The translations under genes were made by a program, and so were the position numbers. The notes under the pieces are model-generated. The model saw only the letters and a program-made list of their open reading frames with translations. It did no database searches and had not been told where the DNA came from. Of a stretch of DNA of 64,000 bases, positions 1 through 13,000 are shown piece after piece. This stretch comes from Camelus dromedarius (taxonomy: Eukaryota): positions 100,442,001 through 100,506,000 of the forward strand of contig NC_087436.1 in assembly GCF_036321535.1 (NCBI RefSeq), in the 5' to 3' direction. How positions within the stretch are numbered: position 1 is the first letter of the stretch; every line of letters starts with the position of its first letter.

Positions 1-899
1 ATGTGTATCATATATTAGTTGATTTCTCTTGAGAGGGAGTGTATACATACATATTTATACATGCAGTGTTTCCCTTAATTGCACTTAGTCACTTGGTAAG
101 CTCAGGGTATAAGCTCTGCCCAAGCCGAAGCACAGCATGACTTCTGACAAGGTGTGTAAATCTATTTCTAAGTTTCTGCAAAAGCAATGGCATATACTGT
201 AATTAGAACCACCATCCACCGTTCTCCAGTATCAAGTTTCTTGGTAGTAAAGGTGCTATATTTCTCTCTCAATCTGTTACATTCCTGTTTCTCTCTCAAT
301 ATCTTCAGCAGTCAGGTGAGGAAGATGAGTTACTAATTGAATGCCCAAGTAATCTACTGAGATAGAGATAATCTATAATTATTGATTATTTTTTCTTATT
401 TTATTCTTGTCTTATTGCAATGAATATGATTACTAGTAAAATTGTGAAGAATAGTCACACTAAGAAACCTTCTTGTTACTGGGGTAGTTCTGAGGTTAAA
501 ACATAAAAATGTATTTTCTATAAGCTTCTAATAGATAGTATTTATCAATTTTAGACTATTTTATTTTTAAATTTGCTTTTAAACATGATCATATTGCAAT
601 GAACATAAGTCAATTTATCTCCTTTATTATGTTAATTTAATGATTTTCTTTAATATACTGAAATTTTTGTAATATTTAGATAAATTATGTGTGTACACAA
701 AACATATATATTGTAAAGGCAAAAATGTTATGGTGGGTTCTACGAATAAGACAAATTTGTAAATCTGCTATGGCTGACACTTCATTAGCTATCTTTTTAG
801 GTAACATTTAATGATATAGAATTAATAAAATAGTAATTAAAAAATATTTCTATCTACCATATCTCACTTCCTTGTTCTCCTTCTTATTCACATGTGTTC

Positions 900-1700
900 T
901 TGAAAAATTGCTTTCAATGGAAATAACTTTATAATTCCATAAATATTACTGTAATTTCCCATTTTGTATTCATTCAGTATTATTTTTTAAAAATATACAT
1001 CCAAGTTGCTACATAGTTGCTTCAAATTTGTACACATTACTCCATGATATGCATCCAGTGGTGGCTATGTAAGACGTGTGTCTTATCAGATATTAATGCC
1101 ATAAACATTTTCCTATCTGTCCTCCTGTGAAATATGAAAAAACTGCTTCAGGATATAAATTAATGATTGGAATTTCTACAATAAACTTACATGGATATGA
1201 GTAGATGTACTAGGTTATTCAAAATTTCTTCACAAGCCTTCATCCTCAGCAGTAGGACATGAATATTTATGGTACCATCTAGTTTCCTAATTTTTGCTGC
1301 TCCAGTAGCCTAATAGGTCTTCTCCATCATAACATAAATTTCATACCTCTGATTTCCAAGCATTCTAAGCATTTCTTCAAAATCATATTAACATTTTGTT
1401 TCTTTTCCCATAGATTTCCTTACTTGCATAAATTGTAATGTTCTTATTTTTCACACATTTTTCTATTAGGATTGATGTTTCTTCTTGTTGCTGATATATA
1501 TGATTGCAAGACCTTAAAGATTTTTAAAATTGTAAATGTCTTCTCTCATTTTGCCATCTTCTCTTACGTTTAGTGTTTATAAGACAGAAGTCTTTAACTT
1601 TGGTATAATTTAATTCATTATTCTGTGCCATATGATCTGACTTTAGAAATTAAGAGGTTTTTCCCTACTTTGTGTGAAAATACAATAATAAAATAATATT
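900..1700 (-). mobile_element. Ancient degraded L1 (L1M/L1ME-type) ORF2-end/3' fragment
   Basis: T-rich degenerate matches to antisense L1 (e.g. ctctgatttccaagcattctaagcatttcttca, ttgtaaatgtcttctctcattttg, cagaagtctttaactttggtataattt); boundaries approximate. Confidence 0.6.
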
Positions 1701-2084
1701 ATATATTTTAACTAAGTTGATTGTAAACCTTGATTCTTTGGTAAGATAATTTTTTGAACAAATCTAACTCTTTAATATGCCAATTTAGTTTGTAAATCTG
1801 GCTTTCTAGTCTGTCTGACTTTATAAAATATTACTACTAATTCTAGAAACAGTTGAAAAATTAATAACATTTATAGCAAAGTAGAGCTGAGGATTTGAAA
1901 GTCACACAATGGAAGCCCTTGTTTCTTATTATTACCTTGTGAGATTCCTTGTGTGTCTCAATTCTGTGTAAAGCTGAATTCTACACACACCCCACCCACC
2001 TCCCAGGTATGACATCAAGGGCTCTTGGAAATTTGAGAACCATGAATTATGATGGTATTCTAAGAAAGATTAAGGTTTTATACC

Positions 2085-2915
2085 CATCTCTCTGACTCCA
2101 GTAATTTCACTGACTCAGCTCCTGCTCATTTCCTTCTTACACACTAGTTTCCAGTAACACTGGACTCCTGTTTGCTCAAACACAGCATGACAGTCCCTTC
2201 CTCGGAACCTGTGCCCTGCTGTGGCTTTGGCTGGCAGGCTCTTCTTTGAGACTGAAGCACAGTTTACTCCCTCACTCCCTTCAGGTCATTTCTCATTGGT
2301 TTCCTTCCCTGCAATTGCCCCCAATACAACTTCTTATCTTCCTTGCTTTATTTGTCATCTCATCACATATTACTGTATAGCCAGTAATTATTTTAATTAT
2401 ATATATCATTTATTGTCTGTCCCCCAACTAGAAAACAAGCTCTATGAAGCCAAAGGTCTTTGTTTCTTTTTTAAATTTTTTAAAAATTGAAGTATAGTCG
2501 GTTTACAGTGTTGTGCTAATTTCTGATGTTGAGCATGGTGTTTCAGTCATGTACATACATACATATATTCATTTTCGTATTCTTTTTCATTACAGGTTAC
2601 TGTGAGATATTGAATATAGTTCCCTGTGCTATACAGTATAAACTTGTTATTTATCTATTTTATACATAGTAGTGTTAGTATCTGCAAATCTTAGGCTCCC
2701 AATTTATCCCGTCCCACCCTCTTCCTACCCTACTAAGCATAAGTTTTTTTCTATGTCTGTGAGTTTGTTTCTGTTTTATAAATAAATTTATTTGTTTTTT
2801 TATTCCATATATAAGTGATATCATGTGGTATATTTCTTTTCTCTGTTTATTTATATTAAACAAGAGCTGAACAGGTGATCTCTTAAATATCAATTGATTG
2901 AATCAACCAATCAGT
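2085..2915 (+). mobile_element. L2 LINE 3' fragment, interrupted by an L1 insertion at ~2466-2845
   Basis: L2 3' motifs (tttattgtctgtcccccaactagaaaacaagctctatgaag) before the L1 and the L2 terminus (taaatatcaattgattgaatcaa) after it. Confidence 0.7.
2466..2845 (-). mobile_element. 5'-truncated artiodactyl/camelid-type L1 3' UTR
   Basis: T-rich tail then ttgaagtatagtcggtttacagtgttgtg...tattgaatatagttccctgtgctatacagta, the reverse complement of the laurasiatherian L1 3' UTR; near-identical blocks at 8485-8668 and 36738-36963. Confidence 0.9.
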
Positions 2916-4349
2916 AAATCTGGGTTAGTACAGAAATCAATTACTCCTTTTTAAACTAGGAATTATCAAGTGTGATAGAAAGCTACTGGTTTGCTTGGAG
3001 TACTCTGCAGGGAAAACAAAACAAAACAAAAACATCAAAACTTTTTTTGGTCCTTTTGACCAGCCCTTTCACAATTTAGCAATTATTTTAAGTATTTCCA
3101 ATCATGGTATCTCAACATCAAAAGAGAAGTGATCAGAGATTATTAATAATGGAAATAAATACCTAATTTTTCCCCTATGGCCTCTAAAAGCATAGGCGAT
3201 CAGAGACAGAGGTCAAAATGTGTGTTCAAACTGAATGGGACTTTGAAATTTATATCTGAGATATTTCCATTTACAAAGTATTATATACATACACAACATA
3301 CCCTTAAATACATACCTGTGCATAATACGTACAATGTGTGTGAAATAAGGCAAATTTACTCTTGTGAACCTTATATTCTATTAGGGGATATAGGCCATAA
3401 GCAATAAGAATGACTAAAATTATATCATAATATGATATATAGTTTTCTGGACTGAAAGTAATACAAAACATGCTAAATCATAGACTTATACTTTTCTCCA
3501 AAAATTGGGATTAAATTTAGCAAATAATTTTTCTTCTAAGATCTCATTAATTTCATAAGATATGGCAATGTGTTTATTAGCATACTGTGAAACACTACCA
3601 TAGATGATTATAATTAAACTACACTTATCAAAATAATGAATAAAGCACATTTTGTGGTACTGCACTGTTGATGTTTTTCATATTTATTTGTTCACTAACT
3701 AATCTGCCAAATTCAGTAATCTCTAGTGAGTCTCTCAGTTATTAGTGTAAATTACTGAGGGTCTACTCTGATAATAAATACTAATAGCAATTCTGGGAAA
3801 CAAAGCATTAGCAGTTTAATGTCTAAACAGTTTTTTCTGGAGAGCATAAATTAAGAACACAATGAAACATTTTTCATTCAATTAGAATATATTTCCAGAG
3901 GGTTATAATGCAATTTAAAAGGCTGCTTATAATGGATATATCAAAGCACCTGAGTTTAAATCCTATCAAAAAGTGTTCAGAATGTTCTAAAGCAGAGGAT
4001 TAGTTTCATAATACATCAACCCAGAAGCCCATAACATTAAAACATCTCTAAATCTAAGGTGTCTAAAATGCCTTTGATTAGTTCATCATTTTCTTAGACT
4101 CTGAAACTGAAACCTACAATGCCTAAATTCCAGTATGCAGGTGCCAGAAACATTGACAAAATCTAGGCGGTGTATGAATTCACTGATTGATTCATTTATG
4201 TAACAAATATCAATTGAGTAACTACTATGTATCTAATGCTTTTCTAGACACTGGAGGAACACTACCAAAAAGAACAAATTCTCTGCCTTTGTGGAGATCT
4301 CAGTCAAATGTTGAGTGAGAAAATTAAAATCAAATAAATAAGTAAAAGG

Positions 4350-4770
4350 CTATAGCACACAGTCTGCAGGCTGCTAGCTGGGTTCCTAAATCCTCCCTGC
4401 TTCTTCCTGAGTATATGTGGATCCTGCATTTGCAACCTTCCCTTGTAGTTGGGTGTAGCTGTGTGACACATTTGCCAAGTGCCATGGTAAGCAAAAGGGA
4501 TTTGTCTGTCATTCAGTCTTGGCCAGAAAAATCTGGAAATGGGTGTGTTGTGACTGAGTTGGTCAAACTGGCACAGATTCATGTGCTCTAGGATTTGACC
4601 CAAGAGTGCACCCCAGGGTCACCCAATGACTGCAGGGTATGCCCTGGATGTGGGCTTCCATCATAAATTAATTGGAAGAATGAGAAATAAATTTCTATCA
4701 TGTTTAGGAAACGGAATTACTATTGAGTCACTTTGTGTCACCATCGTAGGCTGACTTGGATTGATTCAGT
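4350..4770 (+). mobile_element. Old MaLR/ERVL solo LTR (MLT1J/K- or LTR16-like)
   Basis: cccttgtagttgggtgtagctgtgtgac...gtaagcaaaagggatttg and 3' gagaaataaatttctatcatg resemble MLT1J-family LTR motifs. Confidence 0.55.
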
Positions 4771-4799
4771 ATGTTTGACAATGTTAGAAATTAAGGAGC

Positions 4800-5190
4800 T
4801 AAAGCACGGAAGACAATGGAAAGAATATGGTGGATGATTCGCTTCTCTTCCATGTTTGGCTGCTGCCTCATGACCCAATACGGCTGCTCAGTTTCTAGAC
4901 TTCATGTCTGCATTCTAGCCAACAAGAAGGATAAATGTATTGAGAGGGGCCAGTCCAAATTCAAAGGTTTGTAGTGAGGATTAAACTGAAAGAAACTTTG
5001 AAGAACTTGCAAAAGACTTGTCTGCTTGCATATTTTTCATTCAAATATCATAACATGACCTCTCCTGACTTGAAAGGAGTTTGGGAAATCTCCTCTTTAT
5101 TCTAGAAGGCGTTTGCACACAGAAAAATCAGGATTTTTTTTAGTGAGGATCGAAGGGAAATACTGTGGGATCATTAGAGGTCTTGACACA
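4800..5190 (-). mobile_element. ERVL LTR33-like solo LTR
   Basis: catgtctgcattctagccaacaagaagg...aaaggagtttgggaaatctcctctttattctag...tcttgacaca follows the antisense LTR33 consensus layout. Confidence 0.6.
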
Positions 5191-5766
5191 GAAAGTTAGG
5201 TGAGAGAGGGTTCCTAGTGTAGACATACATTTACAGTTGAATCTTGAAAATAATTGGAAGTTAGCCAGGTAAACGAGAGCTGAAGGCAAGGCTGGTTGAG
5301 ATAAAGGAAAAGGCAAGGAGACAAGAGTGAGCTTGGTGCATTTAGGAAACTCTCAGACCTACTCTATGTTACAAATGCTCAGCAAAGATTAATAATAATA
5401 ATAATAATGTCCAGTTCAGAAAATGCAGAACTTGAGAAATAAATTTGAGAATTATTATAATACAGGTAATTTTGAAATTGGAAATGACAATGAAATTGCA
5501 AGCTAGAATGTATGGAGAAAGATGAGGGTATATATAAGTGTGGCCTGAAGAAGTGAGTACCAAGAGAAAGAGGAAACCGAGGGGAAAAAAGAATACTTAT
5601 TGTAAAGTTACTTAGTATCAGCATACTTAATGTTAAAAGAATCATCCGAAACACAAAATACCAAGAAGGAAAATCTGGATTAAGGATACAGAAAACTGAG
5701 CTAAGGTGCATTATGGGAAAATAGGTGAATCTGTGACACTGAATTGGTGTCGGAGGCATTTACTGG

Positions 5767-6366
5767 TGAAGAGTAACAGATCATGCCACCCCAAAATATG
5801 GCTGCCAGGGTTCAGGACATGCCACCCTAAAACATGCTGCTTTGTATATTGATTAATTATTATTATTATTTTTGAGCTGTACACACTTAAAAAGCAGCAA
5901 ATGCAGAAAAGGCTTTCTTGGAACATCCCATCTGCCTAAAAATCGGTCCAAAAAGGCAATTCAGTTGTCATAACCCCCTCTTTGAAAGTTTTATCAATCA
6001 GGCAAGATCAAGCTATTTTTCATAAGAGAGGACATTCGAAGTTGACATCACACCTGGACAAATTTGGTCACAAGCTATCACACCTCCAATCTGTTTTGCT
6101 AAGGGCCCATAAATCTTTCCTAAAAATTATTTACTTTTGCCTACGAGGTCTACATTTCCTCACCCACTTCCCTCTTATGATGGCATATTATTCTGAATTC
6201 TGATCTACCTCGAGGAGTTAATCATTTTCCCCTAGGTAACTTGCACACATACCTGAGATTCAGGTTAATAAACTTGTTTTTTTCTCCTGTTAATCTGACT
6301 TTTATTACAGAGGTCTCAGATAATAATTCCAAAAGCTAGAAGGAAAATTATTTTTCCTTTTCTATC
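5767..6366 (+). mobile_element. ERV1 solo LTR, MER34-like
   Basis: Starts TGAAG...catgccaccccaaaatatg; has aataaacttgttttttctcctgttaatctg and ends ggaaaattatttttcctttctatc; 4-bp target duplication CTGG at 5763-5766 and 6367-6370. Confidence 0.85.
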
Positions 6367-6437
6367 CTGGAGTTTTTGAAGTTTTGCTTTATATAAGGTG
6401 TTTACTAAAGAAAAAATTAAAAGCCATTAACTAGAGG

Positions 6438-6697
6438 ATGTGTGGTAAAACTGACATTGGTTTTAGGTCAGCCTGCAGACTCAGACTCTGGTTAGAATCC
6501 AAGTACCAGCGCCAACTGAGAGCGAAACTTTAGAATAAGTGCTTACCTTCTCTGTGCCTCAGTTTCCAACAGGTAGATTAGCTGTAACAGTTATTTGTCT
6601 TATAGGCTTGTAATGAGGATTAAATTGAATGACACATGTATAAGTTGTTAGGACACACCCAGGTTCATAAGTACTCAGTAAATATTAGCTATTAGTT
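6438..6697 (+). mobile_element. MIR SINE
   Basis: Core ttctctgtgcctcagtttcc, tgtaatgaggattaaattga, tail gtactcagtaaatattagctatta. Confidence 0.85.
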
Positions 6698-8484
6698 TAT
6701 TGAAGCACATTTTTATTAGAAACATTGACAGTGAAAGAAGGAAGAGAAACAGAAAAGTAGTTCCAGAGGGCAACAGTTTGATGGAAGATGTGGGTTTTGT
6801 AGAGTGAGGTGAGGATGTTGAAAAGCTGTAGGACAAACGCATTGGCACTGGTAAATGAATGAGAAAAAAATGTGTTCAATGAAGAAATCTATTTCCACTT
6901 CCTGCACTAAGAGATCTAAGATTTTGAAAAATATCTAGAAAACAGATATTATGGATAAGAGGTGTTACATCACATATTTCCACTTAATAAATCACCACTT
7001 AATAAAGTATACATGAGATTGGCAGAAACCTGCTGAAGGGAGACACTGAATTCATAAAGGTCACAGACAATGTGAATTGGTAACTTTCTTCAGGCTTTGG
7101 TGTATTCAAGAGCTAAAAATTTCTCTCTTTTTACAGACATAAACATTCAAATCAAATTAGTGGAAAAAAAATGAGAAAGAAAGAAATACAGGGGGATATA
7201 GAGAAAGAAAACAAAAGCTTAAAGAGTAAAACATTTTTACCACAGATTTCATGATTTGTTCCAGTGCTCCCTGTCCTTCTTACTCTCAGTTCCTCATACT
7301 ACATTTTGGAATTTCTTTGTTTTGTTTTCTGTTTTGATCTGGAGAATAATAAGGACACTAATTAGCCACTTGGCATGAGAAAGGCCTTTGGGTATTTTAA
7401 GAATGTACCTACCGTTCCATTTTATTATAAGGGTAGCTCTGTCTCATGGTTCAGGGGCCTTGACTGTGTAACTTGCCCTGTCCTGCTTTGGGTGACCCCC
7501 TGCTCAGACCAGGTCCGCTAATTCCACATTATACTCAGTTATGACTGGGAAACTTGCTGTGGAGGGGTTGGCGAGGGGATGTTGTCTGTTAATTACAGAC
7601 ACTACATTGTTTTTAGATGTTTGCAGTCAATTTGTAGATAGATTTCTAATAGCTTTTTGATTTTCTTAGACTTTGGGTTTTTTTACACATTAAAACAAAT
7701 GTGAGTCTAAAGACCACTATCATTTTTTATTGCCTTTAAAAATATTCGTTTATCATTTTCCAGTCTAGTTTCCCTCTTGTTGATACTACATGTCAATAAA
7801 GTGAATATGGTTCAAAACGTGAACGCATCTTTTAGCATGAAATGATAAAACGATCAAGCTTCAGCGTCCAAGTCGGTGCCCTCCAAGGAGCCCGCCAAGT
7901 CCTAGAGCCTCACATGCGCCCCCTTTAGGCAGGTCGACAGACTGCCTCACCCAGTGCATTCTTCAGAGTAAACTGAAAACCTAGCCGGTCAGTTGAAAAC
8001 AAATTCAATCCCTCAAACATGAACTGGCTCCTGTGTAGGAGAGATTTGTGGGGAATAAATTATGGCACTGAGTTTCATTCAGATGTGGTAGAATAAGCCA
8101 AGGAAACACTGGAGAGCTTGATTAAAAATAGCAATGGCTTTGAAAATCAGCTCCTAGACCGATACTGTCCGTCCAAGAGGGAAGTCAGGGCACAGCTAGG
8201 TCACCCTGATCTTCTAGCAGTTTATGGGAATAATTATATGAGCAAGTTGACGTGGTGTTTGCTGTAAATGAAATAATCTGTCTGTCTCAAGATGAAGATA
8301 TTCCCCCAGGCTCCTATAAAGAAAGGATACGAGGTGCTAAGATTTTGAGTTCTGTGACCTGCGTTTGTGGTTGTTAATTGCGTCAGGATAGCATCTGATA
8401 GTCATCAGTATTAAGGACCCTATTGTGGAGTTGAGTCCAGAAAGACCATGAGAACTACATGAAAATATGATTAAAAGCTGTCGG

Positions 8485-8668
8485 AATGGCTATACCACAA
8501 GTTTCTTCTGTATGGCACAGGGAACTATAGTCAATATCTTTTATTAACTTATAATGAAAAAGAACATGAAAAGGGATATATGTATGTATATGTATGACTG
8601 AGACATTATGCTGTACACCAGAAATTGACACAATATTGTAAACTGACTATACTTAAATTAAAAAAAAG
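8485..8668 (+). mobile_element. Short L1 3' end with A tail (camelid-type)
   Basis: ctgtatggcacagggaactatagtcaatatc...gctgtacaccagaaattgacacaatattgtaaactgactatact plus poly(A). Confidence 0.9.
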
Positions 8669-10681
8669 TTGGAGGCATTCTAATTATGCCTGTAGATCAG
8701 TTAACACAAATTATGCAAATTGAGTAAAACACTTGGGAAAGTAAAATGCCCCAGCTGTCTCATTTGCTCCACTTCCTTGTGCAACCAAGTCAGTGATAAT
8801 GGCAAACTGGAGTTGGTGGGGCTCCCCTCACCCACCAGTACGGTCTGGAATCTATAAGACTTGCTGTATTCACATCAATGCACACTCAGACATTTCATAA
8901 ATGATGAGATGCAGGCCAAGGGATTTCCCTAAAGAGTTCCACCCAAAAGGAAAAGAGAGTTAAACAGAGAAATAACCCTTACGTATTTGTGCATAATCAG
9001 CTTATCCCTCAACTTCTAGAAGGATGAGAAACCAGAAGACAAAGGAGAGGAAGAAAAAGACCACAAAGAAAGCCCGAGGCTAAAGGAGCCACCTCAGAAT
9101 TTGCTGAGAGAAAAAAATTATGAAGCTCCCCCTCCCTGAATCTTTAAAAGTTCACTTGACATAATTTAGAGAAAAATAACGTAGATCAAGAAGAAGGAAT
9201 GACTGCTGATAATTCTTCTAGTCTTGAGAATATGGCATTTGTTAGGAGTTGAAAGTGAGAGAATTCTTTCTTTCATCAGAATGAATTTACAGTGGGAAAA
9301 AAGTATTGCTTTTCCAGTCTTAGTAATAAAAATGATGTATTCAATGATTAAAAATAATCCCCTTTTAAAAATACAGTTTTTCTTTGAGTCTTGGAAAAAT
9401 TCCTATTTTAACTCAGAATGACTTCAAGGGTGGAATGCAACAATAGTCCAGATTTTATATAAATCCCCTTCTGATTCCTTACAGATTTGTAGTGCAGAGA
9501 GTTGGATTTAATTTTATATAAGGTTACATAACTGTTAAGCATATATAATCTGATTTGAATGGCAGTTGTTTGCCTTTTCTCCATAAAAATCTTATTGAAT
9601 AAGGAAATAAAGTGCTTTGTAGACCCACTTCCTTTACTTTAGCTGCAGTCACTATTACTGAGCTGGTGTAGAAGGATTCTGAGCGATAGATGATGTAGGA
9701 ACAATACAGAGACTGAATAACTGAACTTGGAAAAATGTTTCATGGACTTCAATAGCACTGTCACTCTTGCTTTTGAATCTATTGCTCAAAGAAATGGGGA
9801 AAATATTTGCTTCTGTCATAGAGATCTTAAGAGCATATTAAGTGAATATTTAAGTAAACTGTATATACTTAATATGACTCAGTGTGTCTGGATCCTGTAC
9901 ATTTTCAGTATTTAAAAATAATGAGGTTATTTTACTCTCTTGGGTTTTAAAAGAGAGTATATTTAGAATTTTTTTCGATAGTCTGCTGTATAAATATTTG
10001 GTTTAAAAAAAACCATTGTTCTGTATGACTGTCGATGGTACAGACTGAGAGAGCAAGCATGAGTGACGGCCACTTTCCTGGGTCACGCTGAGCAGCAGGG
10101 CAAGATTTAATTGGTCAGAAGGTGAACTTTAGCAAACAGAACTCCTAGTTCATCTGCGTATTTATCTTTGACAGGGTAGGGCTGAGCCAGCCTACATTTG
10201 CTTTGAAATTCATCTTTGTAGTATAAGAAATGAGGCAGAAGTTATGTCCTGGTGGTTGAAATTAAGAATAAAGGGGCATATGATGTCCTTCAAGGAATTT
10301 ACAAGTTGCTAGCTCTTTGCTCCTCTAGGATCAAGTCCAAATTGTTCCACTTATATTTAAGCAAGCCCTCTTTATCTGAGTGTTAGCACCAGTATGTTAA
10401 CGTACAGTGTGGCCTGCACTCCAGAGATTCTGATCCAGAGTCCATCTTGCCGTTTCTTTTGCCTTAAATTTCCCATCTCCCCGTTTACTGAAACATTGAC
10501 CTTTAGGAACAAGCTCACATGTCACTCTTGCTTTTAAACTTTCCCTGATCATAACATTCTGAATCATTTAAAAATAACAGCAACATCAATAAATAGCTCA
10601 TGATAATAAGGGATTACTGTGTACACAACTGTATTAAGAGCTGTATGTGGATTATTTTTTTAATCCTCGAAAAAACTCATG

Positions 10682-10870
10682 TATTCATTCAACAAATATT
10701 TATTGAGCACTTATTATGTGCTATAAACTGATCTAAAGCTATAATGCAGTGTAGGTATTATAGGGAATAATCAGATAAATAAGGCCACTGAACTTCTGAA
10801 ACTATTCCAGCCTGTGGACACAAGCAAAGAAGCAACATAATTTCAGACAGTGATAAAACTCTCAGGATGA
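10682..10870 (-). mobile_element. L2 3' terminal fragment
   Basis: attcattcaacaaatatttattgagcacttattatgtgc is the canonical antisense L2 tail. Confidence 0.8.
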
Positions 10871-10923
10871 AAAGCTGTAGGAATGTAGGAATAATTAATA
10901 TGATTGATATAAGTGTTATGCTG

Positions 10924-10929
<6 letters not shown>

Positions 10930-10954
<25 letters not shown>

Positions 10955-11077
10955 GGTGGGGGCAGTAATTAGATTTATTTATTTATTTATTTTTTAATGG
11001 AGGTACTGGGGGATTGAACCCAGGACCTCGTGCATGCTGAATACTCCACGCTTTGCCACTAAGCTATACCCTCCCCC
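10930..11077 (-). mobile_element. tRNA-Ala-derived SINE, camelid Vic-1 type
   Basis: Reverse complement GGGGGAGGGTATAGCTTAGTGG...GCATGCACGAGGTCCTGGGTTCAATCCCCCAGTACCTCCA (A box TAGCTTAGTGG, B box GGTTCAATCC), then (TAAA)n, a short unique tail and a 24-nt poly(A); imperfect TSD atgctggtcttcttt (10918) / atgctagtttctttt (11079). Confidence 0.9.
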
Positions 11078-12774
11078 AATGCTAGTTTCTTTTAAACAAT
11101 TATTTGTTTTTGTGTTTGTGTGTGTGCATAAGTGTTTTGTAGGAAAATGATTTATTTGTGTTTGTAATTTTGATGCAGATTAGCACACTCTATGTTGATC
11201 ATCTTTGTTTCCTTCACATGGCCTAGATTAATATCTTGTCCTAAATAAATCCAAACAGAAAATGAATAGATAACTTTAATATTTTTTATTTACAACTGTA
11301 ATACAAGGCAGAATACTGGAAGGAACATGAAAGCACAAATGAGAAGAACATTCAGTGATCAACATTTTTAATTCTTGAAAGTTATCATTGTTTCCATTTT
11401 AGTTTATAACATGTTTCATTGCTTAAAAAAGCAAATCTTGCCCTATGTCCATATGATGATGGTGATAATGACTGAAAAGTGTTCCATGACAAGGAAAAAG
11501 GGATGCAATTATTCAATTGCTGTTTGTCTTAGGTCCTGTAAATTCATAGCAACAACTGAAATAGTTGTAACTCTTCCAATGCACACTAAATTCAGCCAAT
11601 ATATGTGCTGAAATTTTAAAATGCAAGTGGAGATTTCAAATAATTACATCATCTATTGACTAAGCGAAAAATGATCAGAATTCAATACAGATGCTAAAAT
11701 ATATGTTGTCACCTCTCCATCTTCAGCAATACAGAATTACAATATAGCTTATTAAAAGAGCTATATATGCTTAGTCCTTTGCTACTTCATAATTATTAAG
11801 GTTGGCTTTGAAATGGCATTAATAAACATTGATCTATTAAACTAAATAAAAATCTTAAATAATTTTCCAAGGAATCTGAGTTTTTTCTTCTCTCATTATT
11901 CTTCTCTCTAGTTTGGCTCATTGCCATTTTCCTAAATACAGATTATCACCAAGTTGGAGTGGCTATTCTCATAGTTTCTTTATATCTTGTAACTATATAG
12001 TAAGGATATATTGACACTGAAAATGACAGAAGTGTGTTCTGAAATTTAAATACAAATTATACAGCTAAAGTAAGACCCAGAGTTTTTCCATTTTAATGTT
12101 TAAAAGAATACAACTGTTGGGCAGTGAGTTCACTGTTTTAATATTATTTCAATAAAAGTCATATGGACATACAGGGGGAATTTCTAGCAACACTTAAAAA
12201 AGTCACAATTGTCTTCTTTTACATTGCTGTGTGGATTATCATTTCTCACTTATTACTATTTAGTCTTTGTGACATTTAAAATTTTCAGTTTGACTCTTCT
12301 AAATGATTTTATGAATATATAGAGTAGGAATTTCATAAAACTTACCATCTTGCTTTTTCTTCCCTAATAGGTGAGATGAACACGCTGTTATTGTGTCTCT
12401 TGATCTCCTAATTATTTAATAGTATTAAATTTGCCAGAGTAAATGTATCTCTATGTCTGCTGGAACTGGCAAGAGTTTTGAGTTTTCTTGGGTGAACATA
12501 TGAAGACTCTGAAGTGCATGATTGGTTTTGCTGTGGTGCTTCCTGTCTCTTTGACCTTGGAAATGATGGGGGAAGAAGATGATGAAATAAAACTATTTTG
12601 TAAAAAAAAACAAAAGTAGAAACATGGTCCTGTATCTTTGTCAAATGGTGAAGAAACGATTCAAATACTCAGTACACTCAAGACTTTCCCCTTAAAAGTA
12701 TTTCTGCACAAAAGAAATGTTAACTGACATTTACAACGTATTAGTGAATCGTCTGAAAAAAAAAACAACCAGCA

Positions 12775-13000
12775 ACAACAATATGAACTACTGTTTATTG
12801 ACCACTGACTTTGTATAATACATTGTGTTAAGTAGTTTAAGGTCATGCGTTAAATAACTCTTATGACCTCTCAATATAGAAGGACCGATGGTTTTCTCTA
12901 CAGAGGAGAAAATAAAAACTCAAGAAAGTTGGGTTATTTTGCCAAGTTCCACACAGCTAACAAGTAGAGCCAAACCTCATGTTTAACCTTTTACTTTCAG
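12775..13000 (-). mobile_element. MIR SINE
   Basis: tttattgaccactg...tacagaggagaaataaaaactcaagaaagtt...ccaagttccacacagctaacaagt. Confidence 0.75.

Larger units (their letters stand above)
4183..5350 (-). mobile_element. L2 fragment (4183-4330 and 5195-5350) split by two LTR insertions
   Basis: L2 tail antisense (gattcatttatgtaacaaatatcaattgagtaactactatg) and continuation (gttgaatcttgaaaataattggaagttagccaggtaaa). Confidence 0.65.

Noticed and set aside
10998..11077. tRNA-Ala-like sequence
   Set aside because: Mutated stems plus SINE tail, poly(A) and TSD show it is a SINE head, not a tRNA gene
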